Positions 1-11,749 of a DNA stretch of 64,000 nucleotides are shown here, piece after piece. The notes beneath the pieces are model-generated. The model saw only the letters and a list, made by a program, of their open reading frames with translations. It was not told the origin of the DNA and did not search any database. The number at the start of each line of letters is the position of its first letter. The stretch's first letter is position 1. Origin of the DNA: Octopus sinensis (lineage: Eukaryota). A program made the translations under genes and the position numbers. Location: contig NC_043002.1 of assembly GCF_006345805.1 (NCBI RefSeq), positions 110,980,001 to 111,044,000 on the forward strand. The letters run 5' to 3'.

Positions 1-189
1 TTTTTTCCCTTTATTTAACCGGTCATTCTAATAGTTCTTTTGTTTGTCCTAATAACAGTCATTTTCATAGTAATTTTCCTTTGTTTAACGGTTATTTGCC
101 TAGCATTTTTGTTTGTCTTAATAACTGACAAGATGCCAGAGCAAATTTCCACCCCGACACCCAAAACTCAGAGTTTTATTATGGCAACT

Positions 190-432
190 GAGGCATGTAA
201 AAAGCACCATCCGACCATGGCCGTTTGCCAGACTTGTCTGGCACCTGTGCAGGTGGCACGTAAAAAGCACCCACTATACTCATGGAGTGGTTGGTGTTAG
301 GAAGGGCATCCAGCCGTAGAAACATTGCCAGATCTGACTGGGCCTGGTGCAGCCTTCTGGCTTCCCAGACCCCAGTTGCACCGTCCAACCCATGCCAGCA
401 TGGAAAGCGGACGCTAAACGATGATGATGATG
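190..432 (+). mobile_element. RTE-clade LINE 3' UTR fragment (5'-truncated copy)
   Basis: Carries the GGCACGTAAAAAGCACC unit, the GGAGTGGTTGG(C/T)GTTAGGAAGGGCATCCAGC core and a GGACGCTAAACG(ATG)n tail. Same family as 4765-5443. Confidence 0.8.
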
Positions 433-1129
433 TAATATAATCATTGCATATATAACAACCGAATGTTATATTACAGATAAATTCCTCTATTTACATAATA
501 TTGAGGTCTCATCCATTCTTTTGTTGTCATACTATTACTATATATATATACACACACACATATATGATATCACTCACTCGCTCCATTTGACCCATGACAT
601 TGCTATGCCATTGGAAGTTTCGCTACACAAAGTACATTACATGAAAGATGTGTCTCTCTCCCTCCCTCCACACAAAAGTGAAACGTATTACTTTACCCGA
701 TTAAAATTTTGGCATGAAAAATTACAAAAAGAAAGTGAAAATATTGGATACCATTTGAAAACTAGTGATTTTTAAGAGGTATGTAAAAGATATTTTGTTT
801 TAATTATAATACTTTGTTATACAAACACTAACATGGTTTTTATAAAGATTTTGTTCATTCTTTCTCTCTCCTGTCTAGACTTTGTTACCACTAATTTTTA
901 TAAAGGTGCACTTGTAAAAATTTAACGAAATTTTAAAGAAAGAATCAGACCCCATTTTCCGGACGAAAAAGGGTTTTGTGTCATATTAGGTCACCGCAAT
1001 TCATTCATCGAAAAAAAGAAAAGCATTTTCCAATAATTCTGGTCCCCGCTCCCTACTTTTTCCGAAGAAAAATAAGGGGTTTACTGCACATTAGGCATTC
1101 ATAATGCATGCTGTTTAAAGGGTGTTTAT

Positions 1130-1580
1130 ATACAATTTCATTGAAAGATATCTATTTTCCTCAAACTTACGAGGGAAAAACTCTGATCTTGTGAATCTTG
1201 TGAATTTTCCGAAGTCCTTTTCCCCCACCCCCACCCCATTGCTTTCTGCGCACTTTTGTTTTCAGGTTCGTTTCCTACATGGGTGTGTGTGAAGTAGAAA
1301 GATATCCATTTTACTCAAAGTTACGAAGGAAAAACATCGGCTCTTATGAATCTTTCGAAGTTCTCTCCCTACCCCAACAGAAGAGATTTTCCCCACAAAT
1401 TTCTTTATAATCATAATCTATACCGTTTGAAAGGTATTTATATAAAATTTCATTTAAAAAATACCATTTTCCTAAAAGTTATGAGGGAAAAACATTGGAT
1501 CTTGTGAATTTTCCAAAGGCCTCTCCGCACCCCATGTTGCTTTCCAGGCATTTTTGTTTTCATATTTGTTTCCTATACCT
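1130..1580. repeat. Degenerate direct repeats (3 units) in an unclassified repeat
   Basis: Motif ATTTT(C/A)CT(C/A)AAA..TTA(C/T)GA(G/A)GGAAAAA...CTT(G/A)TGAAT recurs at ~1155, ~1308 and ~1466. Confidence 0.5.
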
Positions 1581-1699
1581 TTTTGTTTACTTGTTGCACT
1601 ATTTTTTTTTTGGTTTCGATTTCATTTCCGGGTAATAATGTCAGCATTTACCTTATTTTGCATTTTGCAATAATATAAAAAAACTAAATTATTTTAAAT

Positions 1700-3859
1700 T
1701 TGCCAATATGTACATATAATTTGGTGGTTTACATCGCGGATGTAGATGGTTGTGGATCATCAACATCAACAGCTGACTCTGGCTATTCTTGCTGTTTGAT
1801 GCGCTTAAAAAACCTGGTTGAGAGTTCCTTGAACTGTCTTCTTCTTTTCCTCAAGGATTACATTATAAGGAGCAAAAGCTTCATGACAATCTCCCATAAT
1901 CTTGGAAAAGCATTGAGCATTTGGGTCCACATCCTCGAACATAGAATGACTTTTTTCGATATATGCAAAAGCTTGCTGCATTTTCTTAATGGTAAAGTGA
2001 TGTGCCGCAAATTCGATTTCCTCTTCTTTATTTTGCTCCTTGTGAAACTCTATCAAATCCTCGTTCATCAGGGACTGCTTGTCTTTTTTAAATAAATCTG
2101 TGAAATCCTCCTCCTCCAAATCCATTTCCAGTTCTTTGCTCATAGTCAACAATGTTTTGTTGATGGCAACATTATCAAACCCCTTAAAATCATTCACAAA
2201 TTACAGGCATAGCTTCTTCCATACACCATTAATAGCCGTGCTCTGTAGATCATTCCATGCCACTGCAATGTTCTGTACACCCTTGTAGACATCGTATCTC
2301 TCCCAAAAGTCACGAAGTTTGACAGGCTCATCAAGTTCAGTTACAGTTATTGCTTGCCGCAGTGTATGCTTCATATAGTAACTCTTGGAGATAGCATTTA
2401 TTCCCTGATCCATTGGCAGCAGAAGAGACATGGTGTTCAGACGGTAATGTCGGGGTCAAAATCTACGATGTTTTGTGGGCAGCTAGAAGCATTATCTAAG
2501 ATAAATAAAACCTTAAAAGGAATCCCCTTCTTTTTACAGTACTTTGCTGCTGGGATAAAATGGTTGCAGAACCAATCTTCAAAAACAGCTGTAACCCATG
2601 CTTTTCAATTAGCCATCCATATAGCAGGGAGAGATTCCTTGGGTATGTGTTTTAGAGCACAGGGTTTGTGTGCAAGATACACAAGCAATGGCTTTAACTT
2701 AAAATCCCCTGCACATTACCTCCCAACATAAGGGTCACACGTTCTTTTGAGACCTTGTAGCCTGGAATAGTTTTTTTCCAAATGAATGAATGGTCTAGCA
2801 ATCTTTTCCAATACAATCTACATTAAAACTCTGTTCAGGAAGAAACCCGTTTTTTTTTATGGTTTCCTTAAATGCATAAAAAATTCCACTGCTGCTTGTT
2901 TGTCAGCTAATGCATTTTTCACCTTGCTTCTTAATGGAGGGATAACTTCTTCATTCTTTAAATGTCATGAACCATCCTTGACTTGCCTTGAACTCTACAT
3001 CTTTCTCATCTGGATATTTTTTCTTCAGATCCTCAAACAAAGATAATGCTTTCTCTTGAATGATTTCTTGACTAATAGTAGCACATTGGCGATTCAGCCT
3101 AACAATCCAAAGAGAAAAGATTTTCCATTTCTCCAAAGATTTTGCCTCTTTTCATATTGACGACTGTGTTCTTCATGCTTGGGGCTTCGGGTTTGATATG
3201 CGCTAAAAAATTTTGTCCTTATTACGTACAATCGTTGATACAGTTGTCTGACTCATCCCAAAAGATGGTGCAATTGCTACCATTTTTTTACCTTCTTTAT
3301 GGCTTTTTATCATAGCCGATTTATCTTCCAGCATTTTAGCATGATGCTTAACACTTTCACTTTGAATTTGCTTAGGAACCATGGGGGCAAAAAATAAAGT
3401 CAAAAATTAATGAGAATGAGAAAGTAGCCAATAAACAGACACAAACAAATCTTAATTCAAAATAATTGCGAGAATCACTAGTGACAACGACGCCTAATGG
3501 TAGATATTGGAACTACAGTGCAATATGAGCTCTGAAAGACCAATAAATAAGACAACACAGCTGATTTCATGATTTCGTTTACTAAGATACACTACTTTAT
3601 GGTGTGTATCTTAACATTTACTGTACATATTTTAATATGATTCTATATGCTTTTATTCTTATTTATTGTACAGTAACATGATTTTATGTGCTTTTAAAGG
3701 TTTTCTAGTGATTTTACAGTTCCAATATTTGTGGCAGACAGATGTAAAATTGAGTAAAATGGCTTAACTTGATTTTTATTTTTCCATATATTATTTTTTA
3801 AAAGCAACATTTAATTGAGAATGACTTAAATCAAAACAACTTAAACCGAGGTATGCCTG
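1700..3859 (-). mobile_element. Tigger/pogo (TIGD1-like) DNA transposon, decayed, one end missing
   Basis: Tigger-type TIR TA|CAGGCATACCTCGG on the minus strand ends at 3859. No matching TIR was seen at the other end, so that boundary is approximate. Confidence 0.85.
1805..3383 (-). pseudogene. Tigger/CENP-B-like DDE transposase pseudogene
   Basis: Fragments across frames: HTH (GMSQTTVSTIVRNKDKI), CENP-B HTH (IQEKALSLFEDLK..FKASQGWF), DDE region (LLPMDQGI, VWKKL) and acidic C-terminus (EEEDFTDLF). Many stops and frameshifts. Confidence 0.9.
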
Positions 3860-3880
3860 TATATGTATATATATATATAT

Positions 3881-4145
3881 ATTTCTTTACTACCCACAAG
3901 GACGTTAAACGATGATGATGATGATGATGAAGGAGCTAAACACAGAGGGGATAAACAAGGACAGACAAACGGATTAAGTCGATTATATCGACCCCAGTGC
4001 GTAACTGGTACTTAATTTATCGCCCCCGAAAGGATGAAAGGCAAAGTCGACCTCGGCAGAATTTGAACTCAGAACGTAACGGCAGACGAAATACGGCTAC
4101 GCATTTCGCCCGGCATGCTAACGTTTCTGCCAGCTAGCCGCCTTA
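3881..4145 (-). mobile_element. tRNA-derived SINE family B (Meta-domain-like body)
   Basis: Head GCTGGCAGAAACGTTAGC..GAGTTCAAATTC and body GAGGTCGACTTTGCCTTTCATCCTTTCGGGG.CGATAAATTAAGTACC. Confidence 0.85.
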
Positions 4146-4156
4146 ATTATATATAG

Positions 4157-4188
<32 letters not shown>

Positions 4189-4764
4189 ATTTGTTTGTGT
4201 GTGTGTGTGTATGTATGTATATATAATTATATGTATAGTCATATATTACATACTAATATTCTCTGTGGTGTGTGATCTAGTTTTCCTTGTACAATTATCT
4301 CCAGATATATACCACTGGAGGATTAATTCCATGTATATCTCTTGGGATATGATAAAAGTCAAGAGAACATGCAAATTTCCCATATTCTTTGTGCTACATC
4401 TTTTAAATGAAAGCGGAGACCGAGAAGATCAAAATCGCAATCCTTTAGTTGTGACATATTTGTTCAGTGTTTCAATATCTGAGATGAAAATGATTTTCCG
4501 AATAATTAACCGGATCAATGGAATTTATATTCACAGTATTTATATCAGACTTATGAAGAAGTGATGGAAAGAAATGGGCTGAATAACCTATGGGATGTGA
4601 TCACTGTGAGATGGCAGATTCCCAGCCATGTCTTATGAATGTCCATGAAGACATCATTGGGAGCCTCACTCAAGTGGATGACAAAGATGAGGAATAAGGA
4701 GCAAAGCATATTTATTGGGAGTTAGTTGAAGACAAAAGTGAAGGACATGGGCTAAGGGAAGACA

Positions 4765-5443
4765 TCGTCATCATCATCATCATCATCATTTAACGTCCGC
4801 TTTCCATGCTAGCATGGGTTGGACGGTTCGACTGGGGTCTGTGAAGCCCGAAGGCTGCACCAGGCCAGTCAGATCTGGCAGTGTTTCTACAGCTGGATGC
4901 CCTTCCTAACGCCAACCACTCCGTGTGTGTAGTGGGTGCTTTTTATGTACCACCGACACAGGTGCCAGACGAAGCTGGCGAACGGCCACGCTCGGATGAT
5001 GTTTTTTTATGTGCCACCGGCACGCAGGCCAGGCGAGGCTGGCATGGCCACGATCGGATGGTGTTTGTTACGTGCCACCGGCACAGAGGCCAGGCAAGGC
5101 TGGCACGGCCACGATCGGATGGTGTTTGTTACGTGCCACCAGCACGGAGGCCAATCGATGCGGTGCTGGCTACGGCCACATTCGGATGGTCCTCTTATGT
5201 TCCACTGGCACTGGTACCACAAACTACAAATTCCATTGATGTTGATCGATTTCGATTTTGATTTGATTCTTTGATTTGATTTTCACTTGCCTCAACAGGT
5301 CTTCACAAGTAGAGTTATGTGTCCCAAGAAGGAAGGTATGCACAGGTGGACTGACTACGTCCCAGGTAGGGGCCACAGGTTGTGGCCTCACTTGTCCTGC
5401 CGGGTCTTCTCCCGCACAGCATACTTCCAATGGTCTCGGTCTC
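4765..5443 (-). mobile_element. RTE-clade LINE 3' end: ORF C-terminus plus 3' UTR with ~60-bp tandem units
   Basis: Minus strand reads RDRDHWKYAVREKTRQDK* (RTE-type DRxxW terminus), then ~5 tandem units, the conserved core and an (ATG)n tail. Confidence 0.8.
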
Positions 5444-5875
5444 TGAGACAGTGCTTACAAATGTGCTGAGTGACCTGAAGCCCCATGTGGAACAGAAGGA
5501 ACTAAAACTGAGATATTTTGTTTGGTTTGATCTCTAATCATCAGCAGGTGGCCTATTCTAGGATACCTACATGGTCCCAGACCAGATTTGAGCTAGGAAA
5601 TTATATTTCTAAATTAAACGCTTAGTAGCATTTCCATCAGTTTAGAAATAAGATTCCTAACTAAAATCCAATCCAGATCCATAAACATGTGTCTTAGAAT
5701 AAGACAACTGTTATTGATTAGAGATCAAACCATACACTAAAAAAAAGATAAAGGTAAATAGTATGGGAATTTGAAATGTTATCAATTATATGTCCCTCTC
5801 CCTCTCTTGGGCAGTACTTCTCAATCTTTTGCACTTTGTTTGTGGCACACTTAAGATTAAATGAAAAATTACTTA

Positions 5876-6188
5876 TAAGCCCAGTACTTATTCTATTGGT
5901 CTCTTTTGCCGAACCGCTAAATGACGGGGACATAAACACACCAGCATCGGTTGTCAAGCAATGCTAGGGGGACAAACACAGACACACAAACATACACACA
6001 CACACACATATATATATATACATACATATATACGACAGGCTTCTTTCAGTTTCCGTCCACCAAATCCATTCACAAGGCTTTGGTTGGCCCGAGGCTATAG
6101 AAGACACTTGCCCAAGGTGCCACGCAGTGGGACTGAACCCGGAACCATGTGGTTGGTAAGCAAGCTACTTACCACACAGCCACTCCTA
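5876..6188 (-). mobile_element. tRNA-derived SINE family A (CORE-like), partial
   Basis: A box GTGGCTGTGTGG, B box GGTTCAGTCCC, GCACCTTGGGCAAGTG CORE-like motif and an internal TA/TG microsatellite. Confidence 0.85.
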
Positions 6189-6200
6189 TATATATATATA

Positions 6201-6360
6201 TAGGCATAGGCATGGCTGTGTAGTAAGAAGTTTGCTTCCCAACCCCATGGTTCCAGGTTCAGACTCACTACATGGCATTTGGGCAAGTGTTTTCTACTAT
6301 AGCCTTGGGTCGACCAAACCCTTGTGAGTGGATTTGTTAGACAGAAACTGAAAGAATCCC

Positions 6361-6365
<5 letters not shown>
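6201..6365 (+). mobile_element. SINE family A 5' half
   Basis: Diverged head and CORE-like segment, head-to-head with 5876-6188. Confidence 0.8.
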
Positions 6366-6395
<30 letters not shown>

Positions 6396-6459
6396 ATAAT
6401 TTACGTATATGTATGTGTATATATATATATATATATAATATATATATAATATATATATA

Positions 6460-6668
6460 TAAAGTTAATCCAAACAAGAAAACACAAAAAAACACAACAA
6501 CGCGAGGACATGGAACAAATATAGTATTATTGGACACTCAGGAAAAAAAGGGAAGAAGGAGGGTTTAACGTTTTGAGCGGAGCTCTTCATCGGAAACATA
6601 GGAGAACGAAAGATCCAGAGAAGGGAAGACAGAGGGAAAAAAATCGCCAACGGTACACATGAGGTCCC
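6460..6668 (-). mobile_element. Penelope-like terminal-repeat fragment with degenerate hammerhead motif
   Basis: Minus strand 6597-6563 reads GTTT CCGATGA A GAGC TCC GCTC AAAA CGTT AAAC. Element boundaries are approximate. Confidence 0.55.
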
Positions 6669-7829
6669 AAAAACAGAGAAAAAGAAGACAAGAAAAAACA
6701 TGGTAAGGACATAGCATATATAAGATGCTCAGAGAAGGAAACATAGGAAAGTCCAAATGAAAAGGAAGAAGTAGGGAAAAAATTACCAACAGCCTGTTTG
6801 TAGTTACATTTTTGAAATGACCAAAAGTAGATGGACAAAGAGAAAGTGTGTGAGGTGTGTGGTGTATAGTATGGGAAATAATGTATAAAAATTAATACAA
6901 TTAATGATAAAAAATAAATTATACATGATAGATAAAAATTGGTAAAATAAAAAAGGAAAAAATTATGTAAACAAATCAATAACAGAAATAAATAAAATTT
7001 CAAAAAATTAAATAAAAATAAAGAATAAAAAAGTCAAAATAAACAAATGAAATAGTAACAGAAATAAACAGAAAAATCAAAAAATCAGAATAAACCAATA
7101 ACAAATAAGAGAATAAACAATAAAAAATTGAAATAACCAAATAACAATAAACAAAATAAAAGTAATAAATAACAAATGAATAAAAAATAATAAAAAATAA
7201 GATAGGGTAAAAAGTTTTTTTAGAAGGTTGTAGGGACAGTCATTGAGAGGAGAGGGTTGTGTTGAGTCCTGACTGGAATGAGTAACAGATAGAAAAGTGA
7301 ATGTGTACGTGTAATCCTGGAAATTAGAAAAAAAAATTGTGTCACTTCTTGTTTTGATAATCGTACACATTTATTACAAAATTTTAAATAACACATTTTT
7401 CGAAATGTTCAAGCATTAGTATAGGCTTACTAATGCCTTAAAGTGCATTTTTTAAGATCCATGGTGCAATTAGATACTTCTTGCAACAATGTGTCAAGAC
7501 ATTTTTAGGTAAATATAAACTATTCTGGAAAGTTCACTTAGTTTTCATCTGAGAATTATGTATAATAAAATAAAAACATTTATGTTTCTTCTCAAAGGTT
7601 GGTATGTATTGTTATGCAATTTTAGCAAGTTTTTTCCTTATTAGCTTAATTGTTTTGTTTATAATAGTTGAAGAATTAAAGTAATTAAAACAGAAACTAT
7701 TCCTTTAAGTACTTATATTTCGACTTCTTTTTTTGCAGATTAAACTCTCACACTAGCATTACACATCCAAGCAAACATATTCACCACATTTTTTCACAGT
7801 TTTCACAACAATGCTTATGTTTTGCTACC

Positions 7830-8256
7830 ATGCGCAGGAGCGGCTGTGTGGTAAGTAGCTTGTTTACCAACCACATGATTCCAGGTTCAGTCCCACTGCG
7901 TGGCACCTTGGGCAAGTGTCTTCTACTATAGCCTCGGGCCAACCAAAGCCTTGTGAGTGGATTTGGTAGACGGAAACTGAAAGAAGCCCGTCGTATATAT
8001 GTATATATATATATATATATATGTGCGTGTGTGTGTTTCTGTCTGTGTTTGTCCCCCTAGCATTGCTTGACAACCGATGCTGGTGTGTTTATATCCCCGT
8101 TACTTAGCGGTTCGGCAGAAAGAGACCGATAGAATAAGTACTGGGCTTACAAAAGAATAAGTGCCGGGGTCGAGTTGCTCGATTAAAAGGTGGTGCTCCA
8201 GCATGGCCGCAGTCAAATGACTGAAACAAGTAAAAGAGTAAAAGAGTAAAAGAGTA
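7830..8256 (+). mobile_element. SINE family A, full length
   Basis: tRNA head, CORE-like body, microsatellite, GGTGCTCCAGCATGGCCGCAGTCAAATGACTGAAAC tail and (GTAAAAGA)n. Confidence 0.9.
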
Positions 8257-8573
8257 TGCAACATTGCACTTCATACACCAACATCATACAATCTGCCTGT
8301 CACTTTGAGATGGGCCTTGTGTCCAACAGAGGTAATAATTCACTGATAATGATCCACCTTATCTCTAAAATGGATACTATCCTTTTTCAACATTAGTCTC
8401 CACTGCTGGTTTGTTGATTCTTCTTGTAAGCTCTCTGGGTAACTGAAGGAATTTATTTCATGGGTGACCTGTGTTGCTCAGATGAGAATTCTATGTTGCA
8501 CTAGAGCATCATATTACAAATTTAATTGTATTTGTCATCTCCAGTTTTACAACAAGATCTAGTGACTTTTATG

Positions 8574-8790
8574 GTTGCTGTTGTTTAGCCCTAAGTCAGC
8601 CCTGATTGAACTAAGTGATGATCAAATTCATTCTAGCCATGACCATCCTGTCTTTATTCAGGGGTAGTTTGTATCTTAGATTACATTACACAATGTGTCC
8701 TATTTTTAAAATAGTATAGTGTGATTTGAGGGAGATTTGAGTGGTCCTTATAGCAGGTCAATTGACAATATACAGATTCTTTTATGTCTG
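8574..8790 (+). repeat. Old interspersed repeat family D
   Basis: TGTTTAGCCC.A.GTCAGCCCTGAT...GTGTGATTTGAGGGAGATTTG. Related copies at ~20320-20530 (-), ~22860-23020 and ~37860-38040. Confidence 0.55.
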
Positions 8791-9041
8791 GTGATGTCTG
8801 TGGTTATAAGGATCAGTGAGAAAACTGAATGTTATGCTGGCTAGAGCAGAACATGAGATAATCTCTTGTCTTCAACAGAAGTTAATCATTTAAGGATGCT
8901 ACTGTTGTAATTAAAATAATTACACATAACGTCACAACAACCACATTCCACTCACCCTTCAGTGCCAGATCAAGTAAGACCTAATGTTAATATGCGTGTA
9001 TGTTTGAATAAAATATATACATATTTATATAATATACATAA

Positions 9042-9096
<55 letters not shown>

Positions 9097-9097
9097 T

Positions 9098-9241
9098 AGG
9101 TGCAGGAGTGGTTGTGTGGTAAGTAGCTTGCTTACCAACCACATGGCACCAGGTTCAGTCCCACTGCATGGCACCATGGGCAAGTATCTTCTACAGTGGA
9201 TTTGGAAGACTAAAAATGAAAGAAGCCCATTGTTTGTGTGC

Positions 9242-9304
<63 letters not shown>

Positions 9305-9495
9305 TGTATGTATGTATGTATGTATGTATGTATGCATGCATGCATGCATGTATGTATGTATGTATCTATTTGTGTGTCTGTGTTTGTCCCCCACCATCAC
9401 TTGACAACTGATGTTGGTGTATTTACATCTCCATAACCATAGTGGTTCGACAAAAGAGACCAATAGAATAAGTACTAGGCTTGCAGAGAATAAAT
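9098..9495 (+). mobile_element. SINE family A, 3'-truncated
   Basis: Head, internal (TA)n/(TATG)n and body as far as AGAATAAGTACTAGGCTT. Confidence 0.85.
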
Positions 9496-9589
9496 CCATA
9501 CAGTGTAAAGAGAGGGATTGCTCAGTACCTAAAACATCGAGCAGAGAATATAAGTAGCGATCATGATACACACCACAAAGAAATGATCA

Positions 9590-9597
9590 AGCAGTGA

Positions 9598-9672
<75 letters not shown>

Positions 9673-9815
9673 CAACAACAACAACATCGAAAAATGAGAA
9701 CCCAGGTTCAAAATTTTCCCAAGATACCTGATGAAGACTAGAGGATGTATCAGTCGAAACATTGTGTTGACAACAAACAAGATGAGGACAAATGTCCATC
9801 AAATGTAAATAATGT
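9590..9815 (+). mobile_element. 5'-truncated copy of the hammerhead-bearing SINE
   Basis: AGTGACCTG(AAT)n(AAC)n...AATGAGAACCCAGGTTCAAAATTT..CTGATGAAG...GAAAC..GTGTT..ACAACAAACAAGATGAGGACAAAT..TGTAAATAATGTA, collinear with 14560-14847. Confidence 0.85.
9723..9768 (+). ncRNA. Minimal type I hammerhead ribozyme motif (stem III palindrome mutated)
   Basis: GATAC CTGATGA A GACT..AGTC GAAAC ATT GTGTT. Confidence 0.6.
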
Positions 9816-10271
9816 AAAAGAATTAAAGCATAAAAGAATATATATATATATATATATACATACATACATTCTTTAATGCTTTAATTCTTTTACATTATTT
9901 ACATATATATAACAGAGTTTGTGTGTTGTGTATGGTAGGTATGTTCCTTATGGATTCAAAAACCAAGATGTCGATTTTAATGTATGATGTATCAAAATAT
10001 TCGTTAATCTTTTGGCTGTCCAATAAAGTATGATTTTTTACTACAAAAATAACCTCGGAAATAAGGTTGGGTCACACAATTTTGAAGTCATTTTCAGGCA
10101 ATATTCTGATTTTCTTCTAATCTACATTGCCAATTTTAATGTTTGAGGTGTCAAAAAATGCAGTAATGTTATGAGTACATTTGTGATACACAAAACCCTA
10201 TTTGCCAATGGAAAATGACCAAAAACCATGGTTTTTTGGCACAATTATTGGCACATTTTCCGTACCACCCA

Positions 10272-10658
10272 CTTATTCTTTTACTTGTTTCAGCCATTTG
10301 ATTGCATCCATGTTGGAGCACCACCTTTAGTTGAACCGATCGACCCCAGGATTTATTCTTTGTAAGCCTAGTACTTATTCTATCGGTTCCTTTTGCCAAA
10401 CTTCTAAGTTACAAGTACATAAACATACCAACATTGGTTGTCAAGCAATGGTGGAGTAACAAATAACACACAGATACACACACACACACATATATACGAT
10501 GGGCATCTTTTAGTTTCCATCTACCAAATCCACCCACAAGGCTTTGGTTAGCCCAAGGCTATGGTAGAAGACACTTGGCCAAGGTGCCAAGCACTGGGCC
10601 TGAACCCAGAACTATGTGGTTGGGAAGCAAGCTTCTTCCCACACAGCCACCCCTGCAC
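10272..10658 (-). mobile_element. SINE family A, diverged full length
   Basis: Reverse complement of head, CORE-like body and tail. Confidence 0.85.
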
Positions 10659-11152
10659 TTTTTTTTCCACAATTTCTTTAGATTTCTATGTTTTCAATAT
10701 AGGAGAATATGATTTTGACAAAAAATCACGTTTTTAAAATTATGTTATGAAAATGAATTATCTGTAACATACCCTTAAATTATTGCAGATAAAGTATTAA
10801 AGCTCGGAAACTTGCCCACGAAGTGTACAATTCAAATTTCTATATGATTGTGATCTTCTCACAAGGGGTCACTCTTATTTCTAGAAAAACAAGGATCTGT
10901 TTTCTTAGAAATAAAAAGAGAGTACATATTGTGTCATTCTTCTAATTTTCCCAGCAAAGGAAGTTTTTGCATACTTGCAATACATGGCAACACAGCAACG
11001 AAGGGTCTCATGTATATTTATTTTACCAATACTGGAGACACACAAGAATTATTGTTGGCTTCGTTGAACATTTGCTGAAGTGTGCTGTCTGCCCAAACAT
11101 TACAGAGATGGCGCTTTTCACAATGAAGCAGCTTTCTTTCCATGAACGTTAC

Positions 11153-11207
11153 CTTCTGCAATACAGATACCTCTAGGTCTTCTTTTGGCATCAGTTTCTT
11201 TACATCC
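11153..11207 (-). CDS. Possible small coding exon of an unidentified minus-strand gene
   Basis: ATTTAG|G GAT GTA AAG ... CAG AAG|GTAACG, open frame DVKKLMPKEDLEVSVLQK. The acceptor is weak and no homology was recognised. Confidence 0.15.
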
Positions 11208-11268
11208 CTAAATATGTTTGCACTCAAAAGCAAAACAAAGTCCTTTTCTCATGCACCTTATTAATATA

Positions 11269-11493
11269 TATTTCTTTATTACCCACAAGGGGCTAAACAC
11301 AGAGGGGACAAACAAGGACAGACAAACGGATTAAGTCGATTACATCGACCCCATTGCGTAACTGGTACTTATTTAATCGACCCCAAAAGGATGAAAAGCA
11401 AAGTCGACCTCGGCGGAATTTGAACTCAGAACGTAACAGCAGACAAAATACCGCTAAGCATTTTGCCCGGCATGCTAAAGTTTCTGCCAGCTC
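11269..11493 (-). mobile_element. SINE family B with 16-bp TSD
   Basis: Flanked by GCACCTTATTAATATA at 11253-11268 and 11494-11509. Confidence 0.9.
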
Positions 11494-11749
11494 GCACCTT
11501 ATTAATATACTTTATTTTATTTCTTAGGCTTTCACCGTTCATCAGCTATGAAGTCATACATTGCTCCATTATTACTGCCCCACTTCTGCATACCAGCATA
11601 ACCCATTTATTTTCAAGAAGCACAGCATCCCTATATATTTCCAGAGGTGAATATTTTTACTACATATAAACATTACTATTCGGTACTGTTACTGTATATA
11701 TCTCACTCAGAGATTTGAAACAAATTGTTTCTCTCTCTCTCTCTCTCTA

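Noticed and set aside
4930-5220. CRISPR-like regularly spaced repeats (also 11920-12090, 20645-20860, 31200-31420)
   Set aside because: These are tandem units with homologous spacers inside eukaryotic repeats, with no cas genes.
6587-7370. Hydrophobic F/L/I-rich ORFs
   Set aside because: They come from A-rich low-complexity sequence. A Penelope ORF end could not be confirmed.
7830-7905. tRNA genes (A/B boxes here and at 14785-14847, 19155-19225, 39785-39860)
   Set aside because: No complete acceptor stem, and each continues into a repeated SINE body.
9529-9865. Poly-Leu/poly-Ile ORFs resembling membrane proteins
   Set aside because: Translation of the (AAT)n spacer of the hammerhead SINE.
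10772-10880. Minus-strand exon-like segment with good splice sites
   Set aside because: Stops in all three frames and no other support.
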